The notes under the pieces are model-generated. The model did not search any database. It was not told the origin of the DNA and saw only the letters and a program-made list of their open reading frames with translations. The translations under genes and the position numbers were made by a program. Positions 8,698 through 15,947 of a stretch of 64,000 nucleotides of DNA are shown in pieces (position 1 is the first letter of the stretch; every line of letters starts with the position of its first letter). Source of the DNA: Vicinamibacteria bacterium (lineage in GTDB: Bacteria > Acidobacteriota > Vicinamibacteria > Fen-336); NCBI GenBank assembly GCA_035542035.1, contig DATKME010000065.1:11525-75524 (forward strand). Reading direction: 5' to 3'.

Positions 8698-9927
8698 TCA
8701 GGCCAGCGTGCGCAGCACGAAGCACTTCAGGTAGTAGGTCTCCGGTACGCTGAGCAGCACCGGGTGGTCGCGGGACTGCCGCCTCTTCTCCACAACGGTG
8801 ACGGCGACGCCGGCGTCCGTGGCCGCGTCGGCCAGGATCGCCTCGAAGTGGTCCTCGTGGACGTGGTACGAGCAGGAGCAGGTGAAGAGGCAGCCGCCGG
8901 GCTTGAGGATCCTCAGCGCGCGGAGGTTGATCTCCTTGTAGCCGCGCTCGGCCCGGGCCACCGCGTCGCGGCTCTTGGCGAAGGCGGGAGGGTCCAGCAC
9001 CACGGTGTCGAAGCGCTCGCCGGCCTCGTCCAGCGAGCGCAGCAGGTCGAAGACGTTGGCGTTGGTGGAGGTGAGGTTGCCGATCTCGTTGGCCGCGGCG
9101 TTGGCGCCCACCCGCTCGAGAGACTCGGCCGAGAGGTCGACCGCCGTCACACCGTCGCAGAGCGCGGCCATCTGCAGGGCGAAGCCGCCGTCGTAGGTGA
9201 AGCAGTCGAGGGCGCGGCCGCGCGCGTAGCGGCGCACGGCCAGGTGGTTCTCGCGCTGGTCCAGGAAGAGGCCGGTCTTCTGCCCGCGCCGCAGGTCGAC
9301 GCGGAGGCGCAGGTCGCCCTCGCGCACCTCGACCGTCTCCGGCACCTCGCCGTACGGCACCGACACCGTCTGCTCCAGGCCTTCCAGCGTGCGCACACGG
9401 GGGTCGTTGCGCTCGACGATCCCCCTGGGGTCGAAGAGCTGCACCAGCTCCGAGACGATCTCCGGCTTGGCCCGCTCGGTCGCCTGCGAGAGCGTCTGCA
9501 GGACCAGGTAGTCGCCGTAGCGGTCGACCACCAGCCCCGGCAGGCCGTCGCCCTCGCCGTGGACCACGCGGTAGGCCTCGGCGCCCGCGGCGATGGTGTG
9601 CCGCCAGGCGCGCGCCCGCTCGATCCGCTGCCGCCAGAAGCCCTCGACCGGCTGGTGGGAGCGCTCGATCATCCGCAGCCGGATCTCCGACCGCGACGAC
9701 CACAGCGCGTACCCCAGCGGCTCGTGGCGCGGGCCTTCCACCCCGACCACCGCCCCCGGCGAAGCCCCGCCGTCCCGGACCACGTCCGAGCGGAACACCC
9801 AGGGATGCCCGCGCTCGATCCGCGCCTGCCCCTTGCGGCTGACGACGACCGGCCCCTCGATGTGCATGGAGACAGAAGGATACACGCCGGCATGCCGCAG
9901 GATTGCGTCAGGCACGCGGCGCGACAT
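8698..9927 (-). CDS. rlmI: Class I SAM-dependent rRNA (cytosine-C5) methyltransferase, RlmI-like (PUA-like N-domain plus methyltransferase domain)
   Basis: GHPWVFRSDV is a PUA-type N-terminal motif. VLDCFTYDGGFAL, DTVVLDPPAFAKS and GGCLFTCSCSYHV match the RlmI/YccW pattern from memory. An alternative start at MHIEG (9867) is possible. Confidence 0.75.
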   Translation of the reverse strand: MSRRVPDAILRHAGVYPSVSMHIEGPVVVSRKGQARIERGHPWVFRSDVVRDGGASPGAVVGVEGPRHEPLGYALWSSRSEIRLRMIERSHQPVEGFWRQRIERARAWRHTIAAGAEAYRVVHGEGDGLPGLVVDRYGDYLVLQTLSQATERAKPEIVSELVQLFDPRGIVERNDPRVRTLEGLEQTVSVPYGEVPETVEVREGDLRLRVDLRRGQKTGLFLDQRENHLAVRRYARGRALDCFTYDGGFALQMAALCDGVTAVDLSAESLERVGANAAANEIGNLTSTNANVFDLLRSLDEAGERFDTVVLDPPAFAKSRDAVARAERGYKEINLRALRILKPGGCLFTCSCSYHVHEDHFEAILADAATDAGVAVTVVEKRRQSRDHPVLLSVPETYYLKCFVLRTLA

Positions 9928-10053
9928 GGAACGGTCGCCTGGGCCCCGGTGAGCGTTCGGTCGTGGCGACGAACCGGTGCTGGACTACTCCGTCCGGACG
10001 GCGTGGGGCGTCAGGTCAGTCTGTATCAATCAGTGATATAGCTGGCGCGGCGC

Positions 10054-12450
10054 TCATTCGGCCCTCAGCACCCGGGCCGGGTCGGTGCGGGCGGCGCGCC
10101 AGGCCGGCTGCAGCGAGGCCAGCAGGCCGAGGGCGATGGCCACGAAGGCGCTGGCGGCGAACGCGCGGGGTTCGAGGGGGCCGACGCCGCGCAGGAGGCT
10201 GCGCAGGAGGACCGCTGCGGCCGCGGCCGAGGCGAGCCCCGCGACGGCGCCGATCGCCGCGAGCGTCAGCCCCTGCTTCAGCACCAGCCTCAGCACGTCC
10301 GCGGCTTCGGCTCCCAGAGCCATGCGCACGCCGACCTCGCGGCTGCGCCGGGCCGCCATCCGCGCCACGGTCGCGTACAGCCCGGCCAGGGCGAGGGCGA
10401 CCCCGAGCACGGCCAGGCCGCTGCCCAGCACCGCCTGCAGCCAGTCCTCGTGCAGCTGCTCCGACATGTGGCCGCGCAGGGTCCGGGTGTTGATCACCCA
10501 GGCGCCGGGGCAGGTCTCGCGGACGACGGCCCTGGTCGTGGCAGCGAGCAGTATCGGGTCGCCGGCAGTCTCCACCAGGAAGGCGGTGTCGCTGGTTGGC
10601 TTGCGCGAGTAAGGGAAATACACGAACGGCTGCGCCTGCTCGTGGAGCTGCTCGAGGGGCGTGTCCTCCACCACACCCACCACCAGGTGAAGCTCGCCGC
10701 CGACCATCACGTGGCGGCCGACGGCGGTTTCGCCGCGGAAGTACTGGCGAGCGAAGGCCTCGCTCACCACCGCCACCGGCTGCCGCCCGGCGTGCTCGGC
10801 GGCCTCGAAGAAGCGGCCCTGGCGCAGGTGGATCCCCAGCGTCTCGGCGAAGCCCGGTCCCGCCTGGTTGTAGCGCAGCGGCAGGGCCTCGCGGCCGGGC
10901 AGCGCCACGCGGATCGTTGCGCCGCCGCCGTAACCGGCCATCGGCAGGCGCCGGACGTAGGTCGCGTTGCGGACGCCGGGAACCGCCAGCATGCGCTGGC
11001 GCGCGACGTCGAGCTCCGCCGTCCAGCGGGAGAGGTCACCGCCCTCGGCGCCCATCACCAGCTGCAGCGCCAGCACCGGACGGGTGGTGTCGAACCCGCG
11101 CGAGGCGCGGCGCACGCCGTCGAAGCTCGCCAGCAGGAGGGTCGCGGTGTTCACCGCCACCACGGCCAGGACCATCTGCGCGACCACCAGGGCGGCGGGC
11201 AGGGAGAACAGCCGGCGAGGCGACGCCGTCTCCTCCGTCACCCGCGTGGGCGACGGCGCCAGCCCTCCGGCGCGCAGGGCAGGCACCAGGCCGCCCACGA
11301 GCGCGGCGAGGGCGCCGAGCAGCCCGGCGCAGGCGACGACGCGGGCGTCCATCCTGATGCCGTAGTCGATCACCGCCGACGAGGGCGGCAGCAGTGCCGG
11401 CGCGGCGCGCAGCAGCAGCGAGGCCAGCGCCAGTCCGCCGGCCACCCCGGCGGCGGCCAGCAGCGCCGTCTCGGCCAGCACCTGCCGCGCGATGCCGCCG
11501 CGGCTGGCGCCCAGCGCCAGGCGCAGGCTCAGCTCGACGCGCCTCGCGTCGTTGAGGCCGAGCAGCAGCGTCGAGACGTTGGCGCAGGCGATCAGCAGGA
11601 CCAGGCCGCCGCCGGTCAGCAGGAGCAGCACGGGCGGCGTCACCTCGCCGGCGACTGCGGCGGGGCGCGACACGCGCAAGCTCCGCCCCTTCGCCTCGGG
11701 AACAGCGGAGATCCAGCGGGCGTCCAGCACGCGGATCTCGGACGTGGCCTGCTGCAGCGTCGCCCCCGGCCGCAGTCGCGCCAGCAGCTCGAAGTTGCGG
11801 GCGGCGCGCTGCGACAGCTGCGCGCGGTCGTTGTAGAAGCGGCTCCAGGTGTCGAGCGAGATCCACGCGTCCGTCACCGCCTGGCGGTCGAGGCCGCGGA
11901 ACTCCTGCGGCAGCACGCCGACCAGCGTGTACGGCCTCTCGGTCAGCTCGATCGTCCGTCCCACCAGCGTCGGGTCGGCCCCGAAGCCGGTGCGGAACAG
12001 CCGGTCGCTGATGACCACGGCCGCCGCGGGCAGGCCGTGGTCCACTCCGGGTCCGATGACGCGGCCCAGGGCCGGCTTCACCCCGAGCACCTTGAAGTAG
12101 TCGTCGGACACGGCGGCCAGGTCCAGCATCTGGAGCTTGTCGCCGCGGTCGAGGGTGGCGCCGCGCAGGTCGTAGGCGGCGACGCCGGCGATCGACGGCA
12201 GCGCAGCGACGTCGAGCACCTCCGGATAGGACAGCGTGTCGCGGTTGCCGGACTCCGACAGCGTGAACACCTCGACCAGCCGCGACGGCTCCGCGACGGC
12301 GAGCGGCCGCATGAAGCGGGCGTCGGCGATCGCGAAGACCGCGGTGGCGACCCCGATGCCCAGGGTCAGGGAGCCCACGGCGACGGCCAGCACGCCTGGG
12401 TGCCGCCGGAAGACGCGCGCGCCGTGCCGCCAGTCGCTCAGGATCGCCAC
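10054..12450 (-). CDS. Duplicated MacB/FtsX-type ABC permease (ADOP-like; two MacB periplasmic-core plus FtsX halves)
   Basis: 798 aa. The N-terminus FRRHPGVLAVAVGSLTLGIGVATAVFAI is typical of ADOP/MacB-like permeases. Start is GTG 12450, 6 nt after GGAGG. The C-terminus ...ARTDPARVLRAE is the family-typical ending. Confidence 0.9.
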   Translation of the reverse strand: MAILSDWRHGARVFRRHPGVLAVAVGSLTLGIGVATAVFAIADARFMRPLAVAEPSRLVEVFTLSESGNRDTLSYPEVLDVAALPSIAGVAAYDLRGATLDRGDKLQMLDLAAVSDDYFKVLGVKPALGRVIGPGVDHGLPAAAVVISDRLFRTGFGADPTLVGRTIELTERPYTLVGVLPQEFRGLDRQAVTDAWISLDTWSRFYNDRAQLSQRAARNFELLARLRPGATLQQATSEIRVLDARWISAVPEAKGRSLRVSRPAAVAGEVTPPVLLLLTGGGLVLLIACANVSTLLLGLNDARRVELSLRLALGASRGGIARQVLAETALLAAAGVAGGLALASLLLRAAPALLPPSSAVIDYGIRMDARVVACAGLLGALAALVGGLVPALRAGGLAPSPTRVTEETASPRRLFSLPAALVVAQMVLAVVAVNTATLLLASFDGVRRASRGFDTTRPVLALQLVMGAEGGDLSRWTAELDVARQRMLAVPGVRNATYVRRLPMAGYGGGATIRVALPGREALPLRYNQAGPGFAETLGIHLRQGRFFEAAEHAGRQPVAVVSEAFARQYFRGETAVGRHVMVGGELHLVVGVVEDTPLEQLHEQAQPFVYFPYSRKPTSDTAFLVETAGDPILLAATTRAVVRETCPGAWVINTRTLRGHMSEQLHEDWLQAVLGSGLAVLGVALALAGLYATVARMAARRSREVGVRMALGAEAADVLRLVLKQGLTLAAIGAVAGLASAAAAAVLLRSLLRGVGPLEPRAFAASAFVAIALGLLASLQPAWRAARTDPARVLRAE

Positions 12451-12497
12451 CGCTCACCTCCGCGCCGGGACCGAGGCCTCGGGGCCGCCGATCGCCG

Positions 12498-12513
12498 TGC
12501 ATCAGGTGTGCCA
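12498..12513 (-). promoter_or_regulatory. Candidate sigma-54 (-24/-12) promoter for the minus-strand ADOP permease
   Basis: The minus strand reads 5'-TGGCACACCTGATGCA-3'. GG and GC are separated by exactly 10 nt, and 10 of 12 positions match the consensus TGGCACG-N4-TTGCW. It sits about 48 nt upstream of GTG 12450. Confidence 0.5.
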
Positions 12514-12698
12514 GCCGCCGACTGGCCGCACCGGGCGGGGATCGCCCGCTCCTCGGCCGCCGGCGTTGCCGCGGCGTGTTCGCCCAGGGGACGGAGGCGT
12601 GCCAGAAACGGACACCGCGGACAGCGTCTCCACCCCGGACCGGCGCCGAAACCGGCCAAAGTGCGCGGAATGCGGCGGTTCCGGGCCCGGAGGACCGG

Positions 12699-12714
12699 TG
12701 GCACGCCCCTTGGA
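12699..12714 (+). promoter_or_regulatory. Candidate sigma-54 (-24/-12)-like promoter for the adaptor/ATPase/ADOP operon
   Basis: The plus strand reads 5'-TGGCACGCCCCTTGGA-3', matching TGGCACG-N4-TTGCW at 11 of 12 positions. The usually invariant -12 GC is GG here. It ends 12 nt before GTG 12727. Confidence 0.35.
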
Positions 12715-12726
12715 CTCCGAGCGGGC

Positions 12727-13980
12727 GTGGACATCGCCCGGCCGGACCTCCTGCAGAAGAAGAAGCGCCAGCGAATAGCGTGGAGCGTCGGGGCGATCGT
12801 GGTCGTCGCCCTGGTCACCCTGGGGGTCTCGCGCCTCAAGCCGGCGGCGCCCTCGGTCGAGCGCGCCACGCTGGTGATCGACTCGGTCGTGCGCGGCGAG
12901 ATGGTCTGCGAGGTGCGCGGCCTCGGCACGCTGGTGCCGGTGGACATCCGCTGGCTCCCGGCACAGACGGAAGCCCGCGTCGAGCGGCTGGTGCTGCTGC
13001 CGGGCACGAGGGTCGGCGCCAACGACGTCATCCTCGAGCTGAGCAACCCCGAGCTGGAGCAGCAGGCGCTGGAGGCGGAGTCGCAGGTGCGGGCCGCCGA
13101 GGCCGCGTACACCGAGCTGAAGGTGAGGCTGGAGAGCCAGCACCTCGACCAGAAGGCCGCGGTCGCCCGGGTCGAGTCAGACGCCCGCCAGGCGCGGCTG
13201 CGCGCCGACGCCGACGCCGAGCTGCTTAAGGACGGCCTGGTCGCCAGCATCACCTCCAAGCTCTCGCAGAGCGCGGCCGAGGAGCTGGACGGCCGGCAGA
13301 AGATCGAGCGGCAGCGGCTGGCCATCGCTGGCGAGGCGATCGAGGCGCAGCTCAAGGTGCAGCAGGCGCAGGTCGAGCAGCGCCGGGCGATGGCGCGGCT
13401 GCGGCGGTCGCAGGTCGACGCCCTGAAGGTGCGCGCCGGCATCGACGGCGTGCTGCAGCAGGTGCCGGTCGAGGTGGGGCAGCGGGTGACGCCGGGCACC
13501 AACCTGGCGCGCGTCGCCCGCCCGGAGAAGCTGAAAGCGGTGGTGCGCGTCCCCGAGACCCAGGCCCGCGACGTGATGCCGGGCCAGAGGGCGCGGGTGG
13601 ACACCCGCAACGGCGTGGTGGACGCGCGCGTCATCCGTGTCGACCCGGCGGTGCAGAACGGCACGGTGACCGTGGACCTGGCGCTCCTCGGCGAGCTGCC
13701 GAAGGGCGCGCGGCCGGACCTCACGGTAGACGGCACCATCGAGCTGCAGCGCCTGGAGAACGTGCTGCACGTCGGCCGGCCCGCGATGGGCCAGCCGCAG
13801 AGCACGGTGGGCCTGTTCCGGGTGGTGAAGGGCAGCAGCGAGGCGCAGCGGGTGAGGGTGCGGCTGGGGCAGGCGTCGGTGAGCAGCGTCGAGGTGACGG
13901 ACGGGCTGGCCGAGGGCGACCAGGTGATCCTCTCGGACACCTCGGCCTACGATTCGGTCGATCGCATCCGCCTCAACTAG
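12727..13980 (+). CDS. HlyD/MacA-family membrane-fusion (periplasmic adaptor) protein
   Basis: This is the C-terminal part of ORF 10450..13980. The N-terminus VDIARPDLLQKKKRQRIAWSVGAIVVVALVTLGVSRLKPAAP (basic stretch plus one TM) is followed by a long coiled coil and a beta-barrel region. GTG 12727 fits the family N-terminus (MDIxR...). An in-frame ATG at 12670 is the alternative start. Confidence 0.85.
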   Translation: MDIARPDLLQKKKRQRIAWSVGAIVVVALVTLGVSRLKPAAPSVERATLVIDSVVRGEMVCEVRGLGTLVPVDIRWLPAQTEARVERLVLLPGTRVGANDVILELSNPELEQQALEAESQVRAAEAAYTELKVRLESQHLDQKAAVARVESDARQARLRADADAELLKDGLVASITSKLSQSAAEELDGRQKIERQRLAIAGEAIEAQLKVQQAQVEQRRAMARLRRSQVDALKVRAGIDGVLQQVPVEVGQRVTPGTNLARVARPEKLKAVVRVPETQARDVMPGQRARVDTRNGVVDARVIRVDPAVQNGTVTVDLALLGELPKGARPDLTVDGTIELQRLENVLHVGRPAMGQPQSTVGLFRVVKGSSEAQRVRVRLGQASVSSVEVTDGLAEGDQVILSDTSAYDSVDRIRLN

Positions 13981-13995
13981 GCAGCGAGGAGCGCG

Positions 13996-14736
13996 ATGAA
14001 CGCAGACGGGACGCTGATTCGGCTGGAGGGGCTGGGGAAGGTCTTCTACACCGACGAGGTGGAGACCCACGCCCTCTCGGACATCCACCTGGAGATCCGC
14101 AGGGGCGAGTACGTGGCCATCTCCGGGCCCTCCGGCTGCGGCAAGTCGACGCTGCTGTCGATCCTGGGCCTGCTCGACTCGCCGACAGCAGGGTCCTACC
14201 GCCTCAACGACACGCCGGTGCAGGATCTCGGCGCGCAGCAGCGGGCGCGCATCCGCAACCGGGAGATCGGCTTCATCTTCCAGAGCTTCAACCTGATCGG
14301 CGACCTCACCGTCTACGAGAACGTGGAGCTGCCGCTCACCTACCGCGGCATGCGCGCGGCCGAGCGGCGCGAGCGGAGCGTGCACGCCCTCGAGCGCGTG
14401 GGCATGGGCCACCGCGCCCGTCACCTGCCCAGCCAGCTCTCGGGCGGCCAGCAACAGCGCGTCGCCGTGGCGCGGGCGCTGGTGGGCGAGCCCTCGATCC
14501 TGCTCGCCGACGAGCCCACCGGCAACCTGGACTCGCGCAACGGCGAGGCGGTGATGGAGCTGCTGCGCGACCTGCACCGCTCTGGCGCCACCCTCTGCAT
14601 GGTCACCCACGACGTCCGCTTCGCCCGCCACGCCGAGCGCACCGTGCACCTCTTCGACGGCCGGGTGGTGAGCGAGGAGGAGGCCGCGCGGGCGGCGGCC
14701 GAGGCGGCGACGCAGGCCACGGCCGGGGCAGCCTGA
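13996..14736 (+). CDS. ABC transporter ATP-binding protein (MacB/LolD-type stand-alone NBD)
   Basis: Walker A GPSGCGKST, signature LSGGQQQRV, Walker [19 protein letters not shown] lies upstream of ATG 13996. Confidence 0.9.
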   Translation: MNADGTLIRLEGLGKVFYTDEVETHALSDIHLEIRRGEYVAISGPSGCGKSTLLSILGLLDSPTAGSYRLNDTPVQDLGAQQRARIRNREIGFIFQSFNLIGDLTVYENVELPLTYRGMRAAERRERSVHALERVGMGHRARHLPSQLSGGQQQRVAVARALVGEPSILLADEPTGNLDSRNGEAVMELLRDLHRSGATLCMVTHDVRFARHAERTVHLFDGRVVSEEEAARAAAEAATQATAGAA

Positions 14737-14813
14737 GCCAGGGTCGCAGGGGCGCTCTCCCCGGGACGGGAAGCCATGCTGTCGGTGCCGAAGCCTCGCC
14801 GGGGAAAGCGTCG

Positions 14814-15947
14814 ATGAAGGCCCTGATCGCCGACGATCGCGAGGACGTCCGGCTGGCGCTGGAGCTCTTGCTCAAGCGAAGGGGCCACCAGGGCGAGGGC
14901 GTCGGCTCGCCGCAGGAGGTGGAGCAGGCCCTCGCCCGCGCCAGCTACGACGTCGTGCTCCTCGACCTCAACTACACACGCGACACCACCTCGGGCGAGG
15001 AGGGCCTGGCGCTGCTGCGCCAGCTGCGGCGCAGCCGGCCGGCGCTGCCCCTGGTGGCCATGACCGCCTGGGGATCGGTGGAGCTGGCGGTCTCGGCCAT
15101 GCGCGAGGGCGCCAGCGACTTCGTGCTCAAGCCCTGGGACGACGACAAGCTGCTGCAGACGCTCGAACGCCACGGCGCGCCGCGGGCGGAGAGGCTGGAC
15201 CTCGACCGCGCCGGCCGCGTGCAGGCGCGCTTCCGCTCGCGCGCGGTCCCCAGGGGCGGCTCGCTCGACTGCGCGGGCGCCTGCGACGAGGCGGCGGCCG
15301 TGGGCGGCGACGTCTTCGACGTGCTCGACCTGGGCCGCGGGCGGCTGGGGCTGCTGGTCGGCGACGCGGCCGGCAGGGGCGTGTCGGGCGCGCTCCTGAT
15401 CGCGTACCTGCAGTCCGCGATCCGCAGCCAGAGCTACCGCGCCGCCTCCGACCTGCCCGGCCTCGTCTCCTCGGTGAACCGGGTCTTCTTCGAGTGCACG
15501 GCCCCGGAGCACTTCGCGACGCTCTTCTTCGCGGTGTGGGACGAGGCCGCCTCGGCGCTGACCTGGGTCAACTGCGCCCACCCCGCGCCGCTGCTGCTGC
15601 GCCGTGACGGGACCCTGGAACGGCTGGGCGCTACCGGCTTCGCGCTCGGCCTGTTCGAGCAGTCGCGGCCGACGGCGGCGTCGGTGCGGCTCGCGCCCGG
15701 CGACCTGCTGGCCGCCTTCACCGACGGTGTGGTCGAGGCGAGCCGCGGGACGGAGGAGTTCGGCGAGCAGCGGCTGGCGGCGGCGCTCGTCCGCGCCCGC
15801 GCCCGTCCCGTCGACGAGATCCCGGCGGCCCTGCTGTCGGAGGTGTCCGCGTTCGCGGCGGAGGAGGACAAGGACGACCGGGCCATCCTGGTGGCCCGCT
15901 TGCGGGAGCCAGCGTGCGGCGGGACCAGTCAGGGGGACCCGAGGTGA
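14814..15947 (+). CDS. Response-regulator receiver domain fused to a PP2C/SpoIIE-type Ser/Thr phosphatase
   Basis: The receiver has the phospho-acceptor context DVVLLDLNYTRD and ...MTAWGSVELAV..GASDFVLKPW. The C-terminal half has GGDVFDV and GDAAGRGVSGALL, which are SpoIIE/PP2C motifs. Confidence 0.85.
   Translation: MKALIADDREDVRLALELLLKRRGHQGEGVGSPQEVEQALARASYDVVLLDLNYTRDTTSGEEGLALLRQLRRSRPALPLVAMTAWGSVELAVSAMREGASDFVLKPWDDDKLLQTLERHGAPRAERLDLDRAGRVQARFRSRAVPRGGSLDCAGACDEAAAVGGDVFDVLDLGRGRLGLLVGDAAGRGVSGALLIAYLQSAIRSQSYRAASDLPGLVSSVNRVFFECTAPEHFATLFFAVWDEAASALTWVNCAHPAPLLLRRDGTLERLGATGFALGLFEQSRPTAASVRLAPGDLLAAFTDGVVEASRGTEEFGEQRLAAALVRARARPVDEIPAALLSEVSAFAAEEDKDDRAILVARLREPACGGTSQGDPR

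Noticed and set aside
9928-10053. An AT-richer patch (gtctgtatcaatcagtgatatagc) and the palindrome ccgtccggacgg between the ADOP stop and the rlmI start, considered as a small RNA, tRNA or promoter.
   Set aside because: It is too short for a tRNA and has no cloverleaf. The -35/-10-like hexamers are in the wrong order or spacing on the minus strand. Most likely it is just a terminator/promoter spacer.
12670-12726. ATG 12670 as the start of the HlyD/MacA adaptor gene.
   Set aside because: The extra 19 residues (MRRFRARRTGGTPLGLRAG) are not family-like, whereas GTG 12727 gives the conserved (M/V)DIxR... N-terminus. The candidate sigma-54 promoter would also lie inside the extension. I keep it only as an alternative.
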